Assembly (NCBI GenBank): GCA_964247055.1
Contig: OZ176056.1
Span: forward strand, 1,984,001-2,048,000
Length of the DNA: 64,000 bases
Reading direction: 5' to 3'
Source of the DNA: Paragordius varius
Taxonomy: Eukaryota; Animalia; Nematomorpha
Made by a program: the position numbers and the translations under genes. The notes under the pieces were generated by a model. The model saw nothing but the letters and a program-made list of their open reading frames with translations. It made no database searches and had not been told where the DNA came from. Of the stretch, positions 39,354-50,778 are shown in pieces (position 1 is the first letter of the stretch; each line of letters begins with the position of its first letter).

Positions 39354-40644
39354 CCGACTACAAGCTCAACAACAACAACAACATACCCATTTAACGAAAA
39401 AAAAATTTTAATAAAATAAAGGATACATGACTGTAAGTCGAAAATGCGTTCCATGAAGCCATTTGTATTAATTACCCCTGTTTTTTTTACCAATTCTTAT
39501 ATTAAATTGTGAGTCAATCAAAATGTAATGTTTTTATTTTTATTGATAAAATCCTTAAAATTTTAGTGTAAATGTTGACAATGAATGCCATTAGGTCTAA
39601 TTATTTGTCCAAACTGTTTCATTTAAGATGTATAAAATAAATGAAATATGAATAAAAATAGTATACCAGGAGAAGCAGCTAAAAATTTTTTTCCATAAAT
39701 GACAGAATCCTTTTTATATTAAATATATTTTCATACTTGTGTCCGACCTTTGTGAATTGGGCTTGATTTGTTGAGCCTTTCATATATCTTTTAAGAATTA
39801 TAATATTACTATAAAGTTTTATTTAATGTCAATTTCATATCACAGAATTTATTTTAAACGTGTAGATATTTTCAAACTTTTATACACTAAAATTCTAAGC
39901 ACGGAAAAATATCAGTTAAAATCTTATGAATATAAAAAGTAGCAAATTTTTTTTTATAATAATATGATGCAATATCAGTAAAAAATTAATTTATCAATGA
40001 ATTTTCGTAGATTTCTCTAACTTCTTCGGACCAACACAAAAATAAAGCCTGATTATTAATGCATTTTTAAATATAAATACCGTTTTATTAGGGTATTTCT
40101 TTATATTCGCAGCTATATTGAAAATGAATAAAATTCACAATTATTATTTAAAAACTTAACATTAAAATCTTTAACCATTTTAACAACATATGAATTCGAC
40201 TTTGTATTCCGAATCGGTAAAGGCAAAGTTTATTTTTTTATCTCAATTATTATAGTTAACAAGTTCTTACAAATAAGTAGACTCTCTTCAATCCAAACTA
40301 TGAGCTTTAAAATACTGCCCAATATCTGCATTTTCCAATTATATAAACAAATTTATAAAGATCGTTGGGAAACATTGTACAAAAATAATTTAAACTTTTA
40401 TTGTAACCGAAATAAATCTTCTAAACTAAAAAATAAGGTAATTAAATCTTTTACATAAAAATAAGATATGTACAATTGAGCATAGGCAATTAATATACAT
40501 TATGCATTTTAATGGTTGCTTATTTTATAGTAGGGCAATTTGCAACACAGGAGTGTATGTATGGAAAAAAGAAAGGAATAAATTGTTTATTTTATATTAA
40601 AATAATAATTTGTATTCTCGTAAAATTTATTGAATTCAAACTAT

Positions 40645-40686
40645 ATCCAAAATTTTCGATACATGAGAGTATCTTTTTCAATGGAT
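40645..40686 (-). ncRNA. Minimal type I hammerhead ribozyme motif (U3-A8 variant) in the Penelope terminal repeat
   Basis: AUCCA-UUGAAAA-A-GAUAC-UCUCAU-GUAUC-GAAA-AUU-U-UGGAU: 5-bp stem I, 5-bp stem II, palindromic AAUU stem III. Confidence 0.6.
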
Positions 40687-40793
40687 TAACTAAAATAAAA
40701 AAAAAAAAATAATAATAAGATTAATTAAAACAAATTTGAAAAATAAAATTATAAATTATGATAACATAAAAAATGCAAAGTGGTGTGCATGTG

Positions 40794-42113
40794 TTATTGT
40801 TTTTTCCTTGGTGTGGTAAATATTTTGAAATAGTCTGTTTCTTTTAGGAAGTCTTTTGTGACTTTGTTAAGATCTTTTCTCTCTTCTCTTCTGTTGATGA
40901 GGTGTGTAATGTTTGAATGGATAAAACAAGCCTCCAAAATCAACCTATCGGACAATTTGTCGGCTTGTGCTACAATGGATGCTGGGCCGAAGGTGTGACC
41001 TGTATTGTTGCAATGGTCGTAGATGGCCGAACCTTTTCTGTTGTGTTCTTTTTCTCTAATATTTATAGGGCGTTTAGATTGTCCAATATAGTGTGCTGGA
41101 CAATCATTACATCTTTTGTGGTAGACTGTACATTCGTTTTTTGGTTCTCGGCGTGGTCTTAACAAACTTAATAAATTCTTTGGTGGTTTGTAATAAACAC
41201 GTACATCCTTTTTTGTAATAATATTGTTAACTTTTTTGGATGTATTGTTATAAGTCAGGCAAATACATTTTTCGGGCGGATTTTGTTTTTCTCTTGGGTT
41301 TAATATATTGTTTATTGAATCTGTTATCCAATGCTTTTTATAACCTTGATCAAGTAATATGGTTACGATTTCTGATGTTTGAGATGTTCGTACCTTTATG
41401 TCATTTGGTAATTTAAGCGTTCTTTTTAGAAATGCGTTTGTTATGGCTTTGTAAGTTGCTACTGGATGGTTAGACGTAATGGGTAAAAATTGGTAAGAGA
41501 AAAGTTCTTTATAATGGACTTGTATGGATATACTATTGATTCTACGGGTAAGATTGAGGTCTAAAAAGTTGATACTGTTGTTCTTTTCTTCCTCTATTGT
41601 TAGTTTTAACTCGGATATTTTGTTGATAATGTTTTGAAAAACTTTTATATTGTCAATGGTGTCGATGATTAAAATATCATCCACATAACGGGTATAGAAG
41701 TTTGGACGAAATTTTTCAAAAGCCTGTTGCTCAATTAGTCTCATGCAAACTTCACCAATGATTGAACTAAATGGTGAACCCATTGGAGTCCCGCGAATTT
41801 GCTTATAGAAACTATCATTAAACATAAAATAAGTATTATGCAGCGCAATATTTATTAGGGATTGAAGCGCACTTCGATGGATCTGGCTGTTAAAATAATC
41901 TATGTTATCATTAATTGTTTTGTTTAACGCCTGAAACGCTAACTCAATTGGTATATTTGTATATAAAGAGACTACATCTAATGAACAAAATATATCCTTA
42001 TCTGTAACATGATAATCATTTAAAACCTTAACTAATTCATAAGAGTTTTTGGCTGTATAATTATAATTTTCAAGTATGGGTTTAAAGAGATTGGATAGGT
42101 ATTTACTTATTTT
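40794..42113 (-). pseudogene. Inverted duplicate of the 3' half of the Penelope ORF
   Basis: The 343-aa ORF 40794-41825 is identical to the C-terminal part of 42648-44660. Confidence 0.93.
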
Positions 42114-42118
42114 TTTTA

Positions 42119-42160
42119 ATCCATTGAAAAAGATACTCTCATGTATCGAAAATTTTCAAT
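42119..42160 (+). ncRNA. Second hammerhead copy with a disrupted stem I
   Basis: Identical to 40,645-40,686 except that the 3' stem I strand reads UCAAU instead of UGGAU. Confidence 0.5.
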
Positions 42161-42647
42161 ATAGTTTGAATTCAATAAATTTTACGAGAATACAAATTAT
42201 TATTTTAACATAAAATATTCGTTCTCGTTGACAATATTAACAAAATCAATTTTTATTACCTTATCATTATCCCATTATTATTTTTAGATTTTACTCACCT
42301 CTCGTTAAAACCTCCTAATTTCTTATTAGATTCAACATCTTATTTTTCGTGTTATCCATTCATGAAGCTTTTATCAAATAATTATACCAAATACAGAAAA
42401 AAATTGACCAAGGCAAAACAAAATTACAATTACATCGATAAATGCATCACGCACAAAGTTATACCAAAATTTTTAAAACCAAATACGGGATCACATATTC
42501 CTAAGACTCAGAAGATTAACAACAATTTACTCTATTAAATTATTAAAGACTATTAGAAAGAACTTAAACGATGAAATTACCTCTATTAACAAACAATTAC
42601 TACCCCTTAAAACATGGTTAGAAAATATACCATTATCCACATCTCAT

Positions 42648-44660
42648 TTGATTGAGAAAAAAACTGATTTGATTTGCAAAAAACTCGAAAACAAGATAAG
42701 ATCTCGACATGAAAAAAAGTTAAAAAAACTTTTTAAAAGCAACAATATTAGTATAAACGAAAAAAACAACTATGGATCTTTTATTAATTTATCATCCCAC
42801 ACATTTACACCAGATGAACTTGACATATTGAACAAAGGCACAAAGTATGCACCACAACCAAGATCATCAAACGCAAAAGAAATATTGGTAAAAACAGAAC
42901 ATATTCTTGACAACTCCGACGAAAAAACAAGAAAACAGATATATAAAGCCATCAAAAAGGATCATCATAAGAAACCGTTAATAAACGAGTTACAAACAAT
43001 AAAAAAATTAAAAACAAACGAAAATGTTTTGTTTACAAAATCCGACAAGGGAAATTTTTTAGTAGCATTAGACAAAAAAGATTATACAGAAAAAGTATGT
43101 ATTATGTTAAATGACCAAGACACGTATATAAAACTAAAACAAAACCCAATGTGCAAGTCTGTTAACCAAATAAAAAAATTACTAAAACTCTTAAAATCTA
43201 GACAACATATTAATGAAAAAATTTACATGAATATGTTACCACAGTCTCAACATCCACCTACATTTTATGCAAACCCTAAAATCCATAAACCCAACAATCC
43301 GCTACGTCCTATCATTGATTATCGCACTGCGCCTGCTTATAAAATAAGTAAATACCTATCCAATCTCTTTAAACCCATACTTGAAAATTATAATTATACA
43401 GCCAAAAACTCTTATGAATTAGTTAAGGTTTTAAATGATTATCATGTTACAGATAAGGATATATTTTGTTCGTTAGATGTAGTCTCTTTATATACAAATA
43501 TACCAATTGAGTTAGCGTTTCAGGCGTTAAACAAAACAATTAATGATAACATAGATTATTTTAACAGCCAGATCCATCGAAGTGCGCTTCAATCCCTAAT
43601 AAATATTGCGCTGCATAATACTTATTTTATGTTTAATGATAGTTTCTATAAGCAAATTCGCGGGACTCCAATGGGTTCACCATTTAGTTCAATCATTGGT
43701 GAAGTTTGCATGAGACTAATTGAGCAACAGGCTTTTGAAAAATTTCGTCCAAACTTCTATACCCGTTATGTGGATGATATTTTAATCATCGACACCATTG
43801 ACAATATAAAAGTTTTTCAAAACATTATCAACAAAATATCCGAGTTAAAACTAACAATAGAGGAAGAAAAGAACAACAGTATCAACTTTTTAGACCTCAA
43901 TCTTACCCGTAGAATCAATAGTATATCCATACAAGTCCATTATAAAGAACTTTTCTCTTACCAATTTTTACCCATTACGTCTAACCATCCAGTAGCAACT
44001 TACAAAGCCATAACAAACGCATTTCTAAAAAGAACGCTTAAATTACCAAATGACATAAAGGTACGAACATCTCAAACATCAGAAATCGTAACCATATTAC
44101 TTGATCAAGGTTATAAAAAGCATTGGATAACAGATTCAATAAACAATATATTAAACCCAAGAGAAAAACAAAATCCGCCCGAAAAATGTATTTGCCTGAC
44201 TTATAACAATACATCCAAAAAAGTTAACAATATTATTACAAAAAAGGATGTACGTGTTTATTACAAACCACCAAAGAATTTATTAAGTTTGTTAAGACCA
44301 CGCCGAGAACCAAAAAACGAATGTACAGTCTACCACAAAAGATGTAATGATTGTCCAGCACACTATATTGGACAATCTAAACGCCCTATAAATATTAGAG
44401 AAAAAGAACACAACAGAAAAGGTTCGGCCATCTACGACCATTGCAACAATACAGGTCACACCTTCGGCCCAGCATCCATTGTAGCACAAGCCGACAAATT
44501 GTCCGATAGGTTGATTTTGGAGGCTTGTTTTATCCATTCAAACATTACACACCTCATCAACAGAAGAGAAGAGAGAAAAGATCTTAACAAAGTCACAAAA
44601 GACTTCCTAAAAGAAACAGACTATTTCAAAATATTTACCACACCAAGGAAAAAACAATAA
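42648..44660 (+). CDS. Penelope RT + GIY-YIG endonuclease (670 aa ORF; N-terminus extends to ATG 42,362 across a frameshift)
   Basis: PLRPII, SLDVVSLYTNIP, GTPMGSPFS, RYVDDIL, NFLDL; endonuclease VYHKRCNDCPAHYIGQSKR...REKEH...RLILEA. Confidence 0.93.
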   Translation: MIEKKTDLICKKLENKIRSRHEKKLKKLFKSNNISINEKNNYGSFINLSSHTFTPDELDILNKGTKYAPQPRSSNAKEILVKTEHILDNSDEKTRKQIYKAIKKDHHKKPLINELQTIKKLKTNENVLFTKSDKGNFLVALDKKDYTEKVCIMLNDQDTYIKLKQNPMCKSVNQIKKLLKLLKSRQHINEKIYMNMLPQSQHPPTFYANPKIHKPNNPLRPIIDYRTAPAYKISKYLSNLFKPILENYNYTAKNSYELVKVLNDYHVTDKDIFCSLDVVSLYTNIPIELAFQALNKTINDNIDYFNSQIHRSALQSLINIALHNTYFMFNDSFYKQIRGTPMGSPFSSIIGEVCMRLIEQQAFEKFRPNFYTRYVDDILIIDTIDNIKVFQNIINKISELKLTIEEEKNNSINFLDLNLTRRINSISIQVHYKELFSYQFLPITSNHPVATYKAITNAFLKRTLKLPNDIKVRTSQTSEIVTILLDQGYKKHWITDSINNILNPREKQNPPEKCICLTYNNTSKKVNNIITKKDVRVYYKPPKNLLSLLRPRREPKNECTVYHKRCNDCPAHYIGQSKRPINIREKEHNRKGSAIYDHCNNTGHTFGPASIVAQADKLSDRLILEACFIHSNITHLINRREERKDLNKVTKDFLKETDYFKIFTTPRKKQ

Positions 44661-44926
44661 CACATGCACACCACTTTGCATTTTTTATGTTATCATAATT
44701 TATAATTTTATTTTTCAAATTTGTTTTAATTAATCTTATGTTTATTTTATACTTTGTTGTTTTTTCCATACACTAACTACTGTGTTGCAAATCGTCTATA
44801 GTGTGAAATAATCAGCCATCAAAATGCATACTGTAATAAAAATTTATATGTATTCTTAATTATATATTATTTTTTAAAAACATGTTCAAATACTTAAAAT
44901 TTAGACACGCTTTTACTTGTTCCCGG

Positions 44927-47900
44927 CTATGCCTAAAAAAGTATGAATAATTTTTTTGTAAAACCTAAATTTATATTGTTACAGTAAATATCGTTATAAG
45001 ACGAAATCTGAAAACATAAAGACAATTTTTTTTCAAAAGCAATCATACTTTTTGTCTTAATTTTTCCTAAATAAACTATTATTTACATTCGTAGAATATA
45101 TAAATGTGTTACTAATATACATCTCTATTTCATAACAATGAGTTATAAACAGTAAAAGGAAATTATACGGACAAAACGAAAAATATAAAACATTTTTTTT
45201 CTAAAAGGCAACCATTTTAATCGAGATTTAAATCAATATAACTCATTATTTTAAATGGCAAAGTGTGAAATAAAAATATATAATATCAACACAATCAATT
45301 TTATATTTTACAAATGTAACTAATTAGCTTATATGAGAAACATTGAGATTTTAAAAAGTATGGTTGTCTTTTAGAAAAAAATATTTGTATTTATATTTTT
45401 ACGTTTTGTCCGTATAATATCAATTTTTACTGTAATTGGAATAAAGTCTTAAAAACTATAGTCGTGTTGAAAAATATTGGTATTTATATTTTTACGTTTA
45501 GTCTGTATTTAATTTTTACTATAAATATTATTATACACAACATAAAAAGTTTTATAATAACAAGACCTGTTCATAATAATATTTATCCATCAACTGAGTT
45601 TCATTTGAATCTGAAAAAATAAAACAGATGACAAAATTATTTCCGTGAGTTTAATCCCGGTTACAATTTCATGCTTGTTATTATAAACATGACCAGTCAA
45701 TACTTAAACAACCATATCTTATGGCTATAAATACAAATATGAATTTGACATATGATAAACTTAATTTTATGACCAAATAAGTATATATAATCATATATAT
45801 GGTCATAGAAAAATTGAATTTTCACTCTCTGTGCCATTTAACTACTTATATTATTAAAGCGGAAATTGCATTTATAAGCAATAAGATCGTTATTTTTTAA
45901 TCGGTCAAACCAAATTCCTTATATATGGTGTAAATTAAACAATGAATCACTACAATACGTAGTTTTATATCATATTATTATAAAACCAGGGGTATCCAAC
46001 ACAAATGGCTTCGCAGGTTTTTGACTCAAAAAAATAGGCGGGCTCCGAATATATATATAGTATAAATATTTGATCTTTTAATAAATATTACAATATACAT
46101 CAATTTCTAGTTTATTGCCTATCGAATAAAATAATTCAAAATTTTTTTTGAGAAATATTAATTTAATATAGGCATATTTTTTGAAAATATTTTTCCAAAT
46201 TTTCCCGTGTCTCACGAATTATCACGGAAGTGTTGGACACCCCTACTTTAAACCAAATGAAAATATTGCATATGCCATTTACAATTTAACTTCACTCCTG
46301 AACACTTAAATCACCCTAAAAATAAATTAGGTGTTTTCGGGCTAATATAACTCCTTATTAATATGAAATTTATCTTATTAGCTTAGTTTATTACTTTTCA
46401 ATATTATTATAATTTTAAACAAAATTTTATTCTTTCAAAATTTAAATAAATATAAGGTTTAAATCTTAAAATACACTTAATTTTTTTAAGGGTGAATTTG
46501 AATGTTCGAGGGCTAATTTGATTTTTTAAGGGGAATTTGAATTGTAAATGGTATATAAAAGGATTGTATATTTGATTACAAACATATTACTTATTGCAAA
46601 TTCAGTAACAGACACGTTGGGTATTTTAGTGAGATTCTGCAAATTCAAAAATTTGAATTAGATAAATAATGATTGCTTAATATATATAATTATGCTAACA
46701 AAAAAGGGATTATATTTGATTATAACTTGTATATTTTCTGAAATTCCTAATAATAAATACGCATGAAAATATAAATTATAATATCGATTGAAACAGCATT
46801 GTATTTGTAATCGAAACCGCCGTAATTAACTGTTTAAAACTTTTCCTTTTTATAAATCTCTTATAATGTATGATTTAGAATCATACGATGTCCGGTTATA
46901 CATTCTTTCCATAAAAATGGTTATTTTTAATATATGGAATCAATTTACAATGACTTTAAAAACCAGCTCTATCAAAGACACTAAAACTAAAACCGAATTT
47001 AAAATGAAACCATAAAAATTTTTTTTTTCAACAAATATGTGGAAAAGGCAAAACAAAAAATTTTGGAACCAATTTTTATTATTCTAATATCAACCGTTAT
47101 GCATATTTAGAGTTTTTTTCGAAAAGTATATATATACTTTGTTCAATTTCAGTTCTGGATTGATTAGTATTAGGTGAATAATTATCATTCTTGATCTCAA
47201 TAACTAATTTACGATAAAATGTTAACTATATGTAAAAAATATAAATTGACAGCTAATATATTTTTTTGATAAAAAATTTATTCATATTAGTTAATCATAA
47301 ATATTAATATTTTGAAGTAATTTAACAAATTATAATCAGGTAAAAACATAAAGATATGTAAGTGTATATCCTTACCAAATACAATCTGTTTACGATATGC
47401 TATATAATTATATTAAAAAAATTATTAAACTTTGTATAGCACGGATCAATATATAAAAGCCGGTTTATTGGCTTTATAATACAATTATTCGCAAACCTTC
47501 ATCAATCTTTAAAAATATACCATTGCTCTTCAAATTTATTCTTGAAAACTTTAAAGTCACCCTCAAGCATTTTAAATAACTATAAAATGTTTTTAAATAT
47601 CTTAAATTACATATATTTTAAAATAAAATCTGAATATTATTATTATATCCGGAAAAACAATGCCATTGAGGAATTACGAATCAATTTAATAAGTTATTAT
47701 GTATTTTTAAGACTTTTCGATAAATTAAAACCCTCAAGGTAAAGAGGTGTGAACTAAACTATCAAATCAATGTCAATATTGAAAACTAATAAAACAATTA
47801 TAATTTCAAATTTTTTGCATTTAATATAAAGTATAAATGGCTATTAATCAATGATAAAATGTTTGTTTTTCCATTTACGCAAATAAGTTATTTATAAGCT

Positions 47901-49685
47901 TTCTACCAAATACCTAATTATAGGTTAGTTACTAATGTTAAACTACTTCTCGTTTTAATTATTTCATTGAAGTTTCAAATCGACTTTACGAATGCCTAAA
48001 TACGAATGCGTTTCATCACATATAATGGATTTAGTTGTATTTGTTTAGCATTATAATATCAAATTCTATATTGTTCGCAATTTATAGAAACTCAAAATTT
48101 AGAAATTACTGCAGAGCTAAAGTCAAAAAGGGTTTTTGGCGGATGTGAAGCAGAGACGTATTATTATAAAAACTGACTGACTGTTTTTATATCTATTTAC
48201 TAACGTTGTAAGGTGTGCGGCTAAAAAAGAAGCGAAAATTGCAAGCCTGCATGACGAATCTATACTCTAATAACTAATTAAAAGACTTTAACACGCAAAA
48301 AGGTAAGTTTTATTGTGAAAATCTAAGAATCTGTAAAATATTTTTAAAATTAATTGGCATAATTTGCCATTTAAAGCAGTCAAAAAGGTTTAAGGCACAA
48401 ATTGGTGCAAATTACCTGTCGTTTGACTTAGTAGAATACATGCTATAAAATTATAAATTAATGTTCGCATAATAGGAATCATCATCATCGGAATATTTAA
48501 TAAAATACTTTTTAAAAAAATATTTGGATATTCACGTAAAAAAACATTTTATACAGTTATCTATAGTACAAGTACGCTCCAGCTACAATGTAATATATAA
48601 ACAAGATAACAAACATTCTTTCTTAATAGTTATAACAGCCTAAGCAAAACAAAGTTAAATTACGTTTAGGATTAAAAATTATTTTGCATAAATACTTAGT
48701 GAACAATAATTTTAAAGGGATTTGTAAATCCGTGCGAATAACAAGTATTTAAGCAACAATATAAGTTTTTAAAATGAATAAATGTATAATTTGAAAATCC
48801 TTTTTCACATTATTTCAGGTTAAGTAAAATATATAAATATTTATTCCTGTAATATTTTAATTTTTAATGTTACGATTAGGCCATTTATTATTTAAGTTTC
48901 GCTAATTAAACTTAAATGCAAAAAGAATGAATTAATGATAACTGATTTCTTCGAATTGAAGGGAGTCAACTCATTTCAAAAAATCGTCAAATATTTTTAA
49001 TAGATTTAAGAAACGCAAGACCATTACAGCCATTATATATTAATTACAGTCATGTATCCTCTATTCGTTAAATGGGTATAAATATTTGGTAAAGAATGGA
49101 AAAAACAAGAGCTCTATGGTATTAACCATATCATATTCATCAAAAAGGTATAAGAATTACCATAAAGCTCTTGTTTTTCCATTCTTTACCAAATATTTCT
49201 ACCCATTTAACGAAAAAAAATAAATTTTTGAAAAAATAAAGGATACATGACTGTATTGCAATAAATATTGGGAAGAGAGAGAGAATAGTTACGAGAAAAC
49301 TTATGCAATAATATTCTTAGTAAGCACAATCACACGTATTTTAATAAAAATTATAATACAAATAAATATATTAATTTATAAATATTAACGAAAAACAACG
49401 TTTTGATATAGAGGAATTGAAAGAAATAAATAAAATTACCAAAAATATTTAAACTAATATATTTAGATCTTGGAATTTAAATCGCATTAGTTTGTAAAAT
49501 TAAAAATCTTAAAGAATTGCCGGAACCAGTTGATCAAAAAAAAACATTTTTGTGGGACATTTTTAACCCCTTGAAAATTCAAAGATTTGGTTGTCGCATG
49601 ATATCAATTATAAATCAATAGCAGATCCAGTATTCCTCACATTACTATTGAAAGCTGGACATACATGACGAACGTTCAATAAATC
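44927..49685 (-). CDS. Second candidate small-exon gene
   Basis: Phase-consistent exons 49685-49665, 48442-48416, 47399-47376, 46980-46964, 46636-46591, 45610-45567 and 44932-44927 give GFIERSS-SCILLSQTT-AYRKQIVF-VSLIEL-NLTKIPNVSVTEFAI-NSNETQLMDKYYYEQ-A*. Confidence 0.35.
45150..45434. mobile_element. TA-CAGT MITE family copy
   Basis: cagtaaaaggaaattatacggacaaaacg ... cgttttgtccgtataatatcaatttttactgta. Confidence 0.6.
45987..46245. mobile_element. hAT-type MITE
   Basis: TIR caggggtatccaac / gttggacaccccta; degenerate 8-bp flanks tataaaac / ctttaaac. Confidence 0.6.
46270..46556. mobile_element. Interspersed inverted-repeat element (further copy ~18,733-18,995; half copy ~12,900-12,968)
   Basis: Shared core gtgttttcggg.taa.ata.ctc.t.attaata.gaaat.tatctta and ggtgaatttgaat; terminal ccattt(a/g)caatt / aattgtaaatgg. 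Confidence 0.5.
48088..48270 (+). CDS. Candidate last two exons of an unknown plus-strand gene
   Basis: 48088-48157 and 48213-48270 join in frame (ETQNLEITAELKSKRVFGGCEAETCAAKKEAKIASLHDESIL*) across a 55-nt GT-AG intron containing TACTAAC. Confidence 0.4.
49045..49255. mobile_element. Palindromic MITE with TA-flanked CAGT ends (Tc1/mariner-like)
   Basis: Long inverted arms tacagtcatgtatcct...ggtaaagaatggaaaaaacaagagc / gctcttgtttttccattctttacc...ggatacatgactgta. Confidence 0.8.
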
Positions 49686-50778
49686 CTTAAAAAACTTCTC
49701 CAAACAAATATGTCAGACAAAATACCCAACCCTCTACTATTTTAAACAAAATTAATTCTGAAATGCCTCTAATTGGCAATACACCAAAAACTCTCCTATT
49801 AATAAACTTTTTTATAAAATTCAATGAAACTAAACTTAAAGAAACTATTTTTTAATCAAAAATCTGGGGTGATATGTTAAGCATTATTAAATGATGTAAA
49901 AAAGTCTTTATATGATTTTTTAAAGCGTATTTAAACCATTTCCATCATGTTTGAAAATGGCATGCAATACGGCTTCAACAAAAAATTTGCCAAAATTTTA
50001 GGTTTAAAACATTTTTCTAAAAATAAATTTTTATTAATGTCGCGCGATCTGGGCATTTTGCGTTATTTTAGGGGAACCATTCATTTTAGGATTCTTCCGT
50101 GGTTCACAATCTAATGGTAAGACCCAAAACAAAAGCAACATATAATTTTTAACATTTTTTATCACAATATATAATTGGGTATTTTTTTATACCACCCCCG
50201 ATTTGTGAACATTTAAATTTATTAATATTTAAGAACTTCTAAAACTAGATAATTCCTACATAAACCAATAAGTATATAATATGATCGTGGATAAATCGAT
50301 ATTACTTTGCAACACAAAACGGTGATTCTATATAATATGGTAATCTTTTATAAAGCCTTTATGTTTTTAGTTTTTAAGTTTTATCTCTATTGTATAATTT
50401 TTAAGAATTTTTAAATAAATCCTGCCAATAACTTTTAATTTGGTTAAAAAATTGAAGGTAGTATACGAAATCGCTGTCTGCCCTAATTAATTTATATCAA
50501 GATATCTAAACTATAATAAATAAAATAACCACACAATATTTGAATATTATATACGATTAAAATTATTTATTTTTTATTTTGTAAGGTGTTATGACCCCAT
50601 ATTTGGGGTTATATATGTATTATTTAATTAAAACATTAATAAATATTGGATATCAAAATAAATGTAATGGCTGCAAGTCTTTTGTAGTTTGTTTTGAGAG
50701 TTGGAGAATAAGATATGTGACAAAAATAAGAGTGAGAAAGGCAAATTGAAATCGTATGAAAAATGTGGTAATGCTATT

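Larger units (their letters stand above)
36190..39383 (+). mobile_element. Near full-length RTE-clade LINE (APE endonuclease + RT), decayed, with a (CAA)n tail
   Basis: ORF pieces 36532-37350, 37347-37940 and 38058-39353; tail caacaacaacaacaaca at 39,367-39,383. Confidence 0.93.
36027..39435. mobile_element. Palindromic TA-CAGT MITE interrupted by the RTE LINE
   Basis: Ends tacagtcgtgtatcct / aggatacatgactgta; matches the uninterrupted copy at 49,045-49,255. Confidence 0.8.
40597..44738 (+). mobile_element. Penelope-like retroelement (GIY-YIG type) with an inverted 5' duplication of its 3' half
   Basis: TSD tgtttattttata at 40,584-40,596 and 44,739-44,751. Bases 40,715-42,113 are the reverse complement of 43,341-44,739. 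Confidence 0.93.
40496..44835. mobile_element. Palindromic MITE interrupted by the Penelope element
   Basis: Arms atgcattttaatggttgct...gcaacacagg and ctgtgttgcaaat...cagccatcaaaatgcatactgta flank the TSD; a related empty copy lies at ~14,183-14,372. Confidence 0.7.
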
